64,000 nucleotides of DNA from Narcine bancroftii (GCF_036971445.1 NW_027211801.1:558001-622000); one strand, 5' to 3'. Counted from the stretch's first letter, positions 1 through 13,584 are shown. Made by a program: numbers and translations. The notes: generated by a model from the letters alone, not told the origin.

Positions 1-306
1 ACAGAATGCAGATGTGACCTTGTACACTCAAGATAAGCTTTGCACTAACAAGAATGATGTGCAGCAGACTAACAGAGAAGGATAGCAACAGTTTATTCAT
101 TGGACAATGTAATGGAATGATAATTTACTAAGTACGTATCCTGAGGTATAAAAAAAACACCACTTGCTGATAACGGCAGAATGCGCCTTCTCCAACTAAC
201 ACTGTTAGTTGAAAGTGTTACAATCCGGCAATAAAGAACAAAGAACCTTGATTTCGACTCAGTCTGGTGTTTGACTCACTCATTCATGAACAAAGCAGAC
301 CTAACA
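1..306 (+). mobile_element. 3' part of an LTR (solo LTR or element end), runs off the window start
   Basis: TATA-like tataaaa near 147, AATAAA near 230, ends in ...ctaaCA at 306; non-coding. Confidence 0.55.
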
Positions 307-349
307 CTCTTCATAAATATATGAAACTTGAAAAAAAGCTAAAACAAAT

Positions 350-886
350 CTGCTCGGACTCAGCCCTCAACTTCACCCAACTGGCCCAGCTGAATCACCT
401 CGATTAATTCATGCTGAGTCCCTGCACTTGGCTTTGAGCCATTGGCCACAGCAGCCAATGAGGTCCAGCCTGTCCCGAGTGATTGCACCCCCACTCTCAA
501 TACTGCCTGCAGAACTATAAAGGGCCATGTGCCCCTTTGTTCTGCCTCTTTGGACTCCTTGTGACATGTCAGTAGTACCTTTCGCACTGGGTTAGGGTGA
601 ATCCCGAGGTTAGGTAGCCATTTCTGAACCAGTCAATGGGTGGCGTCACGTAGTATCACCTTGACCCTGACTGTTAAATCTATGTACTTAAGTAATTTTC
701 CCAGTTTCTGTCAGTTTCTCCCTCATTATCAGAAGTGAACATTTACCCTTGTGTATTATGTAAGTGTGTATATGTTTGTTTGGTATTTTCATCCTGTTGC
801 ACTGATTGCATCCCCAAAAGAACTGTATGCTTTGTACTCAACTTTGGTCTGGTTCTTTACCTGTGCAACACACACAAACCCTTACA
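350..886 (+). mobile_element. LTR-like repeat; a homologous copy lies at 61176-61443
   Basis: tataaagggccatg at 516, ends ...cccttaCA; the 5' part aligns with 61230-61443. Confidence 0.5.
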
Positions 887-889
887 ACC

Positions 890-1630
890 ATGTCCTGGCT
901 CATCAAGAACCTATTAATCACTGTCTTAGATACACGCAAGGGCCTGTCCTCCACACCCATCTGTGGTAACAAATTCCACAGATACATCAGCCTCTGGCTG
1001 AAGAAATTCCTCCGCATTTCTGTTCAAATAGGTTGTCCTTCAATCCTGAAGTTGTGTCATCTTGTCCAAAATTCTCACCTTGTGGGAAACAACCTTTCCA
1101 CGGCTACTCTGTCCACACTTTCAATGTTTGAAATGTTTCCATAAAATTAACTTCATTTTCCTGAACTCTAACGAATGCAGGCCAAGTTCAACAAAAACTC
1201 CTCATGTGATAACATTTTCATTCCTGGAATCATCCTTGTGAACCTCCTCTGAACCCTCTCTAATGTCAGCACATCCTTTCTTCAATGAGGAGCCCAAAAC
1301 CACCCACAATCCTCCGTGACATCTCACCAATGCCTTATAAAGCCTCAAAGTCACATCCCTGCTCTTGTATTCCATTCCTCTTGAAGTGACTGCCAGCATA
1401 GCATTTGCGTTCGTCACCACCGTCTCAACCTAGAAGTTTACCTTCAGACTATCCTGCACGAGAATTTCCAGGACCATTTGAATCTGAGTATTTTCATTTT
1501 TCTCTCCATTTAAAAAATACGGTCTGCTCATTTGGAATACAGATGCATAATTCCCTGAAAGTGACGTCACAGGTAAATAGGGTTGTAAAGAGGTTTTTTT
1601 TGGCAAATTGGCCTTCATCAATCAAAGTAT
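890..1630. mobile_element. CR1 LINE 3' fragments: minus piece about 890-1550, short plus piece about 1550-1630
   Basis: Minus ORF 1202-1420 ANAMLA..RGMEYKSRDVTLRLYKALVR matches the CR1 ORF2 C-terminus; the plus piece reads SLKVTSQVNRVVKR. Confidence 0.8.
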
Positions 1631-3290
1631 TTACCACTATTCAATAAAATTAAAGAGGATTTGAATAAATGGAATAATTTACCTATAACTTTCATAGGTT
1701 GAGTGAATTGCATCAAGATTAATATTTTACCTAAAATCAATACTTCTTTCAATCCATTCCTTTCAATATACCTCAAAAATTTTAAGGATCTAACTTTAAT
1801 AATTAGGACATTTTTGTGGAAAGGAAAATGGTAAGAGAATCCTTAGAGAAATTAACTTGGGAATTTGAAATAGGAGGTTTACAGCTTCCACATTTTCAAA
1901 ATTATTAAAAAGCTGCTCATTTGAAATTTATTAATGGAATGTTTGATTGAGATAAAACTTTAACATTGGCCAATATAGAATTCACTCAAATGGATGAAAA
2001 ATCTATCAAAAATTTATTTATAAATGGAACACCAGATGATTAATTAGAAATAAGGACGCACCAAGACCGAAACATTTAAGTTAATTATGGAATCCACTAG
2101 ATTATGAGATAGGTGGGAAAGGTAAGATTTCATGTAAAATACCTTGATATCAAAATACACTTTTTCCTTTTACTTGTCATACTCAATTTTTAAAGACATG
2201 GAATCAAATGGGGATTAAAATGATAAAAGATTGTTTTGTAGCTGGTTATTTTATTTGTTTTAAACAAAAGAAAGAAAAATATAATATTCTAAATAATACT
2301 TTTTTATTATCATCAAGTAAAAGCGCTTTTAATTGATAAATTATGTCAAAGTCTAAGATTAACTAGACAGTCTGAGTTAGAAATTTTACTTATTAAAGGG
2401 GATATTTATAAATTTATTTCAATAATGTATAAATAACTGCAAAGGAAAATGTTCAAATCAGATATTCATAAATCAAGATTAAAGTGCGAAACTCATTGAG
2501 GTAAAACAATAGATCAAGATGATTGGAGAATGTTATGTAAAGATTCTTTCTCTTCTTCTTTGGCTTTGCTTTGCGGACGAAGATTTATGGAGGGGGTAAA
2601 TGTCCACGTCAGCTGCAGGCTCGTTTGTGGCTGACAAGTCCGATGTGGGACAGGCAGACACTGTTGCAGCGGTTGCAGGGGAAAATTGGTTGGTTGGGGT
2701 TGGGTGTTGGGTTTTTCCTCCTTTGCCTTTTGTCAGTGAGTTGGACTCTGCAGTCTTCTTCAAAGGAGGTTGCTGCCCGCCAATCTGTGAGGCGCCAAGA
2801 TGCACGGTTTGAGGCGATATCAGCCCACTGGCAGTGGTCAATGTGGCAGGCACCAAGAGATTTCTTTAGGCAGTCCTTGTACCTTTTCTTTGGTGAATGT
2901 TAGATACAGATAAGTACAATATAACTTTTTACATCAATTATATTTAATACCTCAAATATTAAATATATTTAATTGAATTTCTTAAGAATTATGTTTTAGA
3001 CGTCAGAAAGGGATGGGTTCTATTGTTCATTCGACTTGGCCGTGTATTAATGTTACGTCATTTTGGATACAAATTAAAGCATTTCCAGAGAAAGTGTTAA
3101 AGGTTGAACTTCTGTTAGACACAGTTATTTTTATTAGGAAATATTAGAATGGTTAGTTTAAAATTAAGTTTAAACATTTATTAAATTGAATTTTTACGAC
3201 ATGCTTTAGTTGTTTCAAGGAAATGTGTAGCTATTTGCTAGAAGTCTGATATCGATTGATGTCTTTTGACCAATTAATGATTAAATATGG
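1628..3290 (+). mobile_element. Old L1 ORF2 3' fragment, interrupted by the RTE at 2545-2895
   Basis: AT-rich, decayed KIKEDLNKWNNLPIT / FLWKGK / LHQLYL motifs. Confidence 0.8.
2545..2895 (-). mobile_element. RTE-clade LINE, 5'-truncated 3' end
   Basis: Same sequence as the other RTE copies (KKRYKDCL...NQPIFPC); GAA-type tail. Confidence 0.9.
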
Positions 3291-3319
3291 TCTATATTAT
3301 CATTCATTATTTTTTTTAT

Positions 3320-6300
3320 TTTCAGTTGAGTGTTTATATGAGAAAGAAATTAGGATGGGATATGATTTTAAAAGATCTTTCAAATTTGGAACAAATAATG
3401 TTTGATGGAATGATTAAAGAGTTTATTTAAATTACATATATGTTATTACAAGAACAGACACCTAAAGTAGGTTTGTTTCATTCAAAAAAAGAAGGGAACG
3501 GGATTTGGACTTGATCATAGATCAACAAGTTTGGCAGATATTGTGTAAAGCAGTTATGACAAATGTTATTAATGTACACTACAGATTACTTCATTATAAT
3601 TTTTTACATCAGTTGTATATTACTCCAGGGGGCAAGGCAAGATGGCGTAGAGTCTAGACATGTAATCTTGACTTCTCTGGCCAGACTTTTAAGTACCTGT
3701 TTTTTAACTTTTTGATTTCAAGTTTAAACTTTTTAAATTTTAGTTTAAAGTATTAAAGAATTATTATGACCACTAATGGTAAAAAGATTAAACCTCAAGA
3801 GCAGAAGAAGTTACATTTTTGAAGTGCTGAAGGTCTGGGGCCTAGACGATTTGATACAGCCCCAGGCTCAATCTCTTCATTGTCAAAACCTCAAAGACGA
3901 CATGTGGGAGCTGAAAAAAAAATGTCTATTATTCACCAAGTGAAAGATGGCACTGGAATTACCCATTCTCCAGAAGAAGGTGCGTGTTCCCAAGAAGTGG
4001 ACCCCAATTTGGAAATCCTTTCGATTTCAACAGAGGGATCACGCAGGAGGACGACTCCATTGTTGGAAATGCATCAGGGAGCATTTCAATCTGAAGAAAT
4101 CGATTTTCTTCGTGATTTGATGAAAAAACAATGAGATGTGGGGGAGACCAACGGCGACACCCTGAGGAAGTAGGTGTGCCGTCACTGGGAGTCCAGACCT
4201 GCAGTAAAACTTTTAAAATGCCTTCTGTTGAGTTGCAGCAGGAGATGCAGTTACCTTGTTCTGCCACTATGTCAGAGAGAGCAGAGCTAAGCTTTACTGA
4301 ATCACAGTGTATGCAATTGAATGCTATTGTTCAAGCTATTATAAAACCTGGAATGGATTTGTTGACATTTCAAATGAATGAAATGGTTCAAATGAATGCT
4401 GGTATAAGTTCAGAATTAAATATGGTTAAGACACATGTGGATGCATCTTATGAAGAATTTTTAAAAATTCAGACTGCTTTTTTGGACTGTAAACAACAAG
4501 TGACTTCTAACACAGAAAAAGTGTTGAAGGAGGAAAAATTAGTCATAGAACAAGGAGAATGTGAGAAGGAGATATAAATAAAAAAAATAGATTACTTGGA
4601 GAATCAAAGCAGAACGAGTAATGTGAAAACAAGATCCTCTTCGTTTCTTTAAAGACTGATCCCACAAATATTAGGACAAGAATTTTTCTTTGGGGGATTG
4701 GTACTGGAAAGAGCCCATAGAGCTTTGAGAAGAACACCTTCAGCTGGTCAACCACCGAGACCAGTAATAATTCGATGTTTGAGTTATTTGAACAGAGAAG
4801 CAATACTTCGACATGCAGTACAGAATGCGAGACAACGACAAACCCCATTATTGATTCAGAATAGTAGAGTCTTTTTTTTTATCCTGATTTGAGTCAAGAG
4901 GTCATTCAACATTAATATCGATTCAATGCAGGTAAAGAAGTTTTATGGCGTAAAGTTTATGTCTACTTTTCGCTACCCTGCAGTGTTGAAGGTGTTTTAT
5001 GGAGACTATCAATTTTGGTTTTTTGAAAATGATCGTGAAGCAATGGTTTTTGCTGATTCATTGCCAGATATAAGAGGACAAAGACATAGCCCATCTGGTT
5101 GTTCTGGAGACAGAAGCAATGGCAGAAATGGAAAAAAAACGGGAATGGAAAGAGTCTACCTCCTTCTGAAATGGGATCTTCGAGATTGGAATCTTCTGGA
5201 TGAAAAGAAGAATTCTCTTATTCTATTTTTTTTGTTATTATGATATTTTGATGTTATTGACTGTTTGGCTGGGGAGGGAGAGATTTGCACGTTACTTTAG
5301 TATTCATTTTATTTTTTTATTTTCATTTTAGTTAGTTTTTAATTTGTGATTGTTTTTTCTATTGGAGGACCTATATATGTTGTTTTGAGTTTTTATATAA
5401 AGATATTATTGGTATTTAGTAACAATAGTAGATATGTCAAAGTCGATGTTTGCTACTTTTAATGTTTGAGGATTAAAATGTCCGATTAAGCATAGCGAGT
5501 CTTGGCGTATATTAAGAAAATGAAAATTGATATTGCTTTTTAACAAGAAACACATTTGAATGTGAAGGAAACATGAAATTAAAAAGGGACTGGGTTGGAC
5601 ATGTATAGTCTTCTTCATTTATCTGGAGCTAAAGGTGTAGCAATTTTGACACATAAAGATTTATCTTTTGAATTGCAATCAATGGAGGAAAAGGCAGGAT
5701 GTATTCTTAAATTGAATTGTCAGATTTTTAGTGAATTTTGAACGTTACTTAATATTTATTCCCCAAATGCAGATGATGAAATATTTATTTCAGATGCATT
5801 TTTATGTTTGGGTCAGGCTAATGATAATATTTTAGTTGGTTATGATTTTAATTGTGTTTTGGGACCTTTATTAGATAAATCTCTGAAGAAAGTTAAAAAA
5901 TCCAAGATGGCAGTTCAGGTCCAAGCGTTGATGAAAGATCTTAATTTGCTAGATATTTGGAGACGTCTTAATCTAACAGAGAAAGATTTTTCCTTTTATT
6001 CATGAATCGCTTTTAAGGACTGACTTCTTTTCTTAGTATCAGCACATTTACAAGGGAAATGACAACAAGTGGAATATAAAAGTCGGGTGGTTTCAGATCA
6101 CTCCTTGTTATATTTTACAAAGGCAACTTCTGAGAAAATTCAAATGGCTTATTGTTGAAGATGTAATACAATGTTGTTAAAAATATGGAATTTATTGATA
6201 TTTTTGAAAAAAATAAATTAATATTTTTCTGAAAGAAAATTCTAATTCTGTTCAAAGTAAGTTTGTATTATGGGATGCTATGAAAGCCTATTTGAGAGGA

Positions 6301-9300
6301 CAAATAATTAGTTATACTTCTAAAATAAAAAAGAATCGATTAAATCAGAGTCTTTCATTAGAGAAACAGATTGATGAGTTAAAAACGGAATTTCAGAAAG
6401 ATGTTACAGAAGATCATAAAATAGAATTATCTAGAATGAAATTGGAATATAATACTTTGCAATCTTATCAATTTAAATGTGTGATTAAAAGGACTAAACA
6501 ATGGTATTACGAATGGGGAGAGAAAACACATAAGATATTGGCGTGGCAATGAAAGAAAGAACTGATTTCGAGAACTATTAATGCTGTTGGATGGAATTCT
6601 CTTATTACCTCGTGAGATTAATGATGAATTTTATTCATTTTATAAAAAAAAGTTGTATATATATGAAGGAAAATAAGAAACTGGATCAATTGATCTTTTT
6701 TTTAAATCACAGTTGCATTTACCGATATTAGACGATGCAGATATATAGGAATTAGAAGAACCATTTACTGTTTCAGAAATTAAAATGGCTATGCTGGAAA
6801 TGCCAAATGGTAAATCATCTGGTGATGATGGATTTCCATTTGAATTTTATAAAATTTCTTATGTTGATTCATCTGCAGTGTTTGGGGATGTATTTTGTCA
6901 AGTTGGAGAACATTATGAATTACTCGAGTCTTGTTCTAGTGCTTTAATTACAGTAATTCCTAAAAAAAAGATAGAGATCCTTTGAAAGTATCTTCATATA
7001 GACCAATTTCATTGTTAAATGTAGATTATAAAATAATAGCTAAAATATTAGCGAATAGATTGGCTAAATTTTTACCTAAGTTGATTCATATGGATCAAAC
7101 AGGTTTTAAAAAGAATAGATATGCTTCAGATAACATTTTGCACATGATTAGTTTGATTAATAGATTTCAACAATCTTTAGATCACCCGATGGTGATATCC
7201 TTAGATGCAGAAAAAGCATTTGATAGAGTTGAATAGAATTTTTTGTTTAAAGTTTTGGAGAAATTTAAGTTTGGTCCTTCTTTTATTGGTTGAATTAGGG
7301 CTCTATATAGTAAACCGGTAGCTAGAGTATTGATGAATGGTTTGATTTCGGATTCCTTTAAGTTAACTCGATCAACTCGTCAAGGTTGTCCTTTATCACA
7401 AGCTTTGTTTGCGTTAGTGATTGAACCTTTAGCACAGTTGATAAGACAAAATACACAGATACAAGGTATGAAAGTTTTAGACGAGGAGTATAAAATTAAT
7501 TGATTTGCTGATGATGTATTTGTGTGTTTAACAAACCCAGCTCAGTCACTTTTGCACTTGAAGGAATGTTTAATACAATATGGATGTCTTTCTGGATAAA
7601 AAGTTAATTGGGAAAAAAGTGAAATATTACCAGTAAATGAAGGAGATTATTCAGTTTATAAGACTATTATTAATTTGAAGTGGACTGATCAAATTAAATA
7701 TCTGGGTAGAATTTTGAATGTTAATTATCAACCTTTATATAAATTAAATTATGCTCCGTTAATGAAAAAAATTAAAAACAATTTGATTAAATGGAAAGAT
7801 TTACCCACTAATCTAATGGGTAGGATACATACAATTAGGATGAATATCTTTCCGCGTATACAATATTTGTTTCAATCTATTCCGTATTTACATGATAATT
7901 TTTTTTTTGAGATTTAAATAAAATGGTTAGGGAGTTTTTATGGAAGGGTAAATTTTCGAGAGTAGCTTTGAATAAATTAACTTACAAATATGAGTTAAGG
8001 AGACTACATTTACCACATTTTCAAAATTATTATGAAGCAGGCCAACTTAAATGTATTAGTTCATTGATGGATTTGGTACTGCCTCCTAGTTGGGCTAAAA
8101 TTGAGATGGCAATTATTTCTGAATTTGAAATACATCAATTTTTGTTTCGATGGAATATAAATTTGTTTCAACAATATAATGTGCCTATACTAAAATATTT
8201 AATGAAGTTTTGGATAAAGAAAATATAAAATGACAGGCTCTAGGGGTATATTATTGGCTTTGACTCCACTGTATAATAATCAACTTATTTCTTTTTCAAT
8301 ACATAATCAAATACATTGCATTGGAGATATAAAGGTGTGAAAAATTTGGGAGATTCTTCTAAAGAGGGTAAGATTTTATCTTTTAGTCAGATGAGGGAAG
8401 GTTTTGGTATTGATAAGAACTCTTTATTTCTTTATTATCTAATTTGATCTTTGGTAAAATGTATGTTTGGTAGAGATATGATTTTACCTAAAATGACTAA
8501 ATTGGAGACTTTTCTTATGAAGGTACCAGAGAAGGGTTATATTTCATCTATGTATCAAATATTACAGGATGGTATGGATAAAAAGGGTTGGGCTAGTTCT
8601 AAAATTAAATGGGAAGCAGATATTGGTTTTATTGTTTTCTGAAGATGATTGGTTAGATATCTGTTATGAGAGTGTAACTAGATTGATAAATGCATGTTAT
8701 GCAATGATGAATTATAATTTTTTACATCAATTATTTTTGACACCTGAAAATTTAAAAAAAAAATGGTTTTCATGAATCACATTTGTGTTTTAGATATGGT
8801 GATATGGTTGGAACATTTTTTCATTCTGTTTGGTTATGTATACATATACAATCTTTTTGGAAGAAAATTCAGTCGGTTTTAGAATACCTGTATAAGATTT
8901 AAATAGTTTTAGATCCAACAGTATTTTTATTGGGTAGTTTGCAAACTCTGAAAGGTTTGGGATTAGGTAAGTTCCAGCTTGCTTTTGTATATTTAGCTTT
9001 ATCCATAGCAAAAAAATATATTGCAAGTACATGGAAAGATACAAATATGATTGATATTAATAGATGGCATAATGAGATGAAATATTGTTTAATGATGGAA
9101 AATATTATGTATGTTTCACATGATAATTATAATTTTTTTATTAATAAGTGGCTGTTATATTCAGAATATTTACATTTCAATTTATATTGATTAGATTTTA
9201 ATATGTATCTTTAACTTTTTCTTTAATATTCTTTCTTTTTTCTTTTTTTCTAGCTCTCCTTTGGAGAGTTGGCTGAAGGCGGGGTTTCTGCTTTTTTTTC

Positions 9301-10205
9301 TGTTTTTTCTATATATAAAACAACATTTATGTACATGTTTAATTGCTGCATATGTCATATATTATTTGTTTTTTTAACTAATTAATATAGTTTAAAGAAA
9401 TTGTATATTACACCACAGAAATTTTCTAGATGGAGATCGGATTTATCGGATCAATGTTTTAGATGTGGAAATGAAATTGGAACTTTTTTTCACTCTACAT
9501 GTTCTTGATCAAAGGTCAACCCATTTTGGGTTTCTATCAGTCAATTTTTACAAAGGATAATGGGAGTAAATTTTCCTTTAATCATGAATGACTTTGGTTA
9601 GGACATTTTGAAAGTGTTACTCCTAAATTATTGTTGTCAGATTGTCAACTAAAGCTCGTTAAGTTAGTTTTAGTAAAAGCAAGGAAATGTGTCACTGTAA
9701 CATGGAAATCTGATGTTTCATTAACATTAGAGAGATGGCGCGCTGAGATTCAAAGCTGTATTCCATTAGGAAAACTTACGGATAAATTAAGGGATAAATG
9801 TTCTTTATTTTTGCAAATTTGGGGTCCATATGCTAAAATAATGATAATGAAATTATGATTTATTAAATTCTTTCTTGATCAGTGAAGTTTTCCCTAAAAA
9901 TATAACAAATTTATAATGTGTTTGACGTCTTTGAGTGACAACTGACAGAATCCAAATGAATGACTTGTAAGTGTTTTATAATGAAATATTCTTTATTTTA
10001 GTTTTGGAGTTAGATTATTTTGGGGGCAGGTGGGTCAATAGGGTTTTTTTTGTATTTTGTAGTTTTTTTAGTTTTAAGATTTTAGTATTTTAGTTTTTAT
10101 CAATAGTTTCATCATCTGTTTGTTGATGTTTTATTTTATACTAATGCTATAACATTCTTAATTTTTGACATTATATATGCAGAATAAATAAAATATTCCA
10201 AAAAT
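3320..10205 (+). mobile_element. Host L1 3' fragment (about 3320-3627 plus 9401-10205) split by the full-length L1
   Basis: ORF2 C-terminal motif HYNFLHQLYITP continues across the insertion; ends with aataaa and an A-rich tail near 10183-10205. Confidence 0.75.
3628..9400 (+). mobile_element. Full-length, decayed L1 (ORF1 about 3766-5243; ORF2 5434-9190 with APE endonuclease and RT)
   Basis: 5' gggggcaaggcaagatggcg; ORF1 LERAHRALR..PRPVIIR; ORF2 DFNCVL, SYRPISLLNVDYKIIAK, SLDAEKAFDRVE, FADD; 15-nt TSD ttgtatattac(t/a)cca at 3613-3627 and 9401-9415; many stops and frameshifts. Confidence 0.93.
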
Positions 10206-10206
10206 A

Positions 10207-10420
10207 TCAGAGAGGGCCCCGGTGGAATATTAGGTGTTGTTCCTCCCATTTACAGTTGGTCTTGCTTGGGCAGGGCATGATAGCACGGACAAACATATCG
10301 GTGTGGGAGAGGGGTGTGGACTTGAAGTGGGTGGCCACTGGGAGATCCCTGTCACTGGTGCGGATGGAGCGAAGGTGCTCAGCGAACCGATGTCCCATTC
10401 GGTGCCTTGTCCCTTCGAAT
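10207..10420 (-). mobile_element. Penelope-like element GIY-YIG endonuclease fragment
   Basis: RMGHRFAEHLRSIR...LPVATHF...SHTDM...EEQHLIF is the typical vertebrate Penelope/Neptune C-terminus. Confidence 0.8.
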
Positions 10421-10947
10421 TGGAGGAGGGAAAGTAAGGAGGCCGTAGCAGCGCTGGGCCTAGAGGGAGAGAGCAATCACTGAGTCTCTGCGGTGAACCC
10501 TGAGAATTCTCCAGAGCTTGGCTCCCAAGCGCAACCTTACTCGCTGCCCATCCCTTGAATGTACGGCGAGGAGCTGAACAATGACGACCATCACAAATTC
10601 GCCTCTTCTCCACTTCATTGAGAGCTGCTTTGCACAGAATCTGATGGCACCAAGTTCGCTGTCTAGAGGGTCACCTCTCCACATTCTACGCACAACAGGA
10701 GTTGAAACGTGCGGCTGTAAGGACAATTCTACAGAGAATACCATGTCACAAACGCAGGTAAATCTGACTTTGGAGATGATCAAGCATTGTGTTGGACCAT
10801 AAAAATGAACATTTCTGCACGATTACGCCGCATAAGTCAGACACAGATGCCAGAGAGGCTATAAAACATGGGCAGAGAACCAGACACTCTGGTGGGAGTA
10901 AATACACAACACTGGAGAAACTCAGCAAGTAAAACAGTGTCCTTTAT

Positions 10948-11635
10948 CTTCTTTGGCTTGGCTTCGCGGATGAAGATTTATGGAGGGGGTAAAAAGTCCA
11001 CGTCAGCTGCAGGCTCGTTTGTGGCTGACATGTCCGATGCGGGACAGGCAGACACGGTTGCAGCGGCTGCAGGGGAAAATTGGTTGGTTGGGGTTGGGTG
11101 TTGGGTTTTTCCTCCTTTGCCTTTTGTCAGTGAGGTGGGCTCTGCGGTCTTCTTCAAAGGAGGTTGCTGCCCACCAAACTGTGAGGCGCCAAGATGCACG
11201 GTTTGAGGCGATAACAGCCCACTGGCGGTGGTCAATGTGGCAGGCACCAAGAGATTTCTTTAGGCAGTCCTTGTACATCATCTTTGGTGCACCTCTGTCA
11301 TGGTGGCCAGTGGAGAGCTCGCCATATAACACGATCTTGGGAAGGCGATGGTCCTCCATTCTGGAGACGTGACCCACCCAGCGCAGCTGGATCTTCAGCA
11401 GCGTGGACTCGATGCTGTCGACCTCTGCCATCTCAAGTACTTTGACGTTAGGGATGAAAGCACTCCAATGAATGTTGAGGATGGAGCGGAGACAACGCTG
11501 GTGGAAGCGTTCTAGGAGCCGTAGGTGATGCCGGTAGAGGACCCATGATTCGGAGCCGAACAGGAGTGTGTGTATGACAATGGCTCTGTATACGCTTATC
11601 TTTGTGAGGTTTTTCAGTTGGTTGTTTTTCCAGAC
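10948..11635 (-). mobile_element. RTE LINE, 5'-truncated, inserted into a short Penelope-type repeat (about 10900-11700)
   Basis: ORF 11003-11650 KISVYRAIV..LLFGSESW..LERFHQRCLRSIL; TSD tcctttat at 10940-10947 and 11636-11643. Confidence 0.92.
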
Positions 11636-11756
11636 TCCTTTATATAGCAAAGGTAAAGATACATAATCAACATTTTGGGCTTGAGCCCTTCATTGAGCTT
11701 TGAAATTCAAGACACTATCTGAGAATGCGCATGTTCCGCTGACTGACGTGGCCTCA

Positions 11757-12080
11757 TTACGTGCAGAAGAACGGCGAGATGGACGCGCAGAGGTGAGCTC
11801 AGTGAGCTGTGGCTCATGATGCAGGTATAGTTGAATCCTTTGTTCCAGGCAGCGGCAGAGTCAGGCATGTAACTGCTCTGCTTGCGTGACTGGTCGGTGT
11901 CCGGGGATTCAACAGCTGTCATCACCCCAGTCTCTGTCTCGACCTCATCCACACTCCACCACAGCAACGCAAAGCCTGGCTTAAAGCCACTCACCAGGCA
12001 AGACAGGGTGGCCGAGCCTGATTCGGTCCCATCCTGGGAGGGAGAGAGCAGTTGAAACGAGGGTTTTCGAGATTAGCTAC
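11757..12080 (-). pseudogene. Ig light chain type I (sigma-cart/NS5) constant-region exon, pseudogenised
   Basis: Pyrimidine tract and acceptor ccttctgctctcccacacag, then S*SRKPSFQLLSPSQDGTESGSATLSCLVSGFKPGFALLWWSVDEVETETGV...SSYMPDSAAAWNKGFNYTCIMSHSSLSSPLR, a frameshift, then SISPFFCT*. This is a C1-set pattern closely like shark type I CL. In-frame TAA at 12073-12075. Confidence 0.9.
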
Positions 12081-12179
12081 CTGTGTGGGAGAGCAGAAGG
12101 GAGGCATCATTAGGTGATGAGGTCCCAGCACTGACACCAACTCTGAATAAAATATTCCACCGACATTAACGTATGGCAC

Positions 12180-13580
12180 TATGGCCTTCAGAAGTCAAAA
12201 TATTGAGTACAGGAGTTGGGGTGTTATGGTAAATTAGTGCAAAACATTAGTGAGGACAAATCTGGAGTATTTTGTGGAGTTTTCGTCATGAACTACAGGA
12301 TTGAAAGAGTGCAGAGATGATTTAGTAGGATGTTGACTGGACCTCAGGAATGGAGTTACAGGGAAAGGTTAAACAGGTTAGGACTTTATTCACTGGAGCA
12401 TAGGATAATGGGGGAGAGGGGGAGATTTGATTGAGGTATTTAAAATTATGAGAGGTACAGACAGAGAAAATGTAGGTCAGCTTTTCCAACTGAGGATAAG
12501 CAACATACAAACCAGAGGACATGGTTTAAGGGTGCAAAGGGATAGGTTTAGGGGCAACATGAGGGGGAACTCCTTCACAAAGTGAGTGGTGGACATGTGG
12601 AACGAGCTGTCAGCTCAACTGGTGAATATGGGCTCAATTTTAACATTGAAGAAGAATTTGGATAGGAACATGGATGGGACGGGTACAGAGGGCTATGGAC
12701 TGAGTGCAGGTCAATGGGTCTAGGCAGAATAATAGCTCAGCACAGACTAGAAGGGCCAAAAATCCTCTTGATATTCTTTAATGTTCTGTGGTCTAATGTT
12801 CTGAGAGGCATAGTTAAGGTGTATAGCCAGAGCCTTTTTTTTTCCCAGGGCAGAAATAGCAAACACCAGGGGACATCTGTGCTAAGTGAAGGGAGAAAAG
12901 TTTAAGGGAGACAAGGAGTCATTATTTTTACACTGAGAGTTGTGGGTTCCTGGAATGCATTCCTACGGTTGGGGGTGGAGGCTGGAACATAAGGGGCATT
13001 TCTGATACTCCTAGACAGGCACATGGATGAAAGAAAAATTGAGGGATATGAAGTTGTGAGGATTTCGTTTTTTGATGGTTGGTATATATCGGTCAGCCAC
13101 ACAATGAGGGTCGACGGGTCTATTCTGTGCTGTAGTGTTCGATAAGGGAGAGAGCAAATCTCTTTTTTATGGTGGGGGGTGGTGTCTAAAACTAAATAAC
13201 CCAGGTTCAAGATGACAGGCCAATGGTTTATTTGGGTTCAGAGTGGTAAATATTTCCACACACAGTGTGGTTGGTATCTGGAATAACCTGCCAGAGGAGA
13301 TGATAGAGGCAGGATCAGGGACAACACTCAAGGGGCATCTAGACAGGTACTTCAATGCCAGAGTGATGTACAGCAGAGGGGCACGGAGTGCATCTAGTTT
13401 GGACCTTGGAAGTAGCATCACAGGTAAATATGTTGTTAAATAAGGCCATTGACACATTGGCCTTCAGTGGTCAGACTGTTGTCCCAGAGTTGGGAGATTA
13501 TGTCACCATTGTGTAAAACATTGGGGAAGCCCTATTTGAAGTATTGGGTTCAGTACTGGGTACTATGCGAGGGGAAAGTT
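12180..13580 (+). mobile_element. Cluster of CR1 3' fragments
   Basis: Repeated CR1 3' motifs (gatttgattgaggtatttaaaattatgag; VVGIWNNLPEE). Confidence 0.75.
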
Positions 13581-13584
13581 GTTG

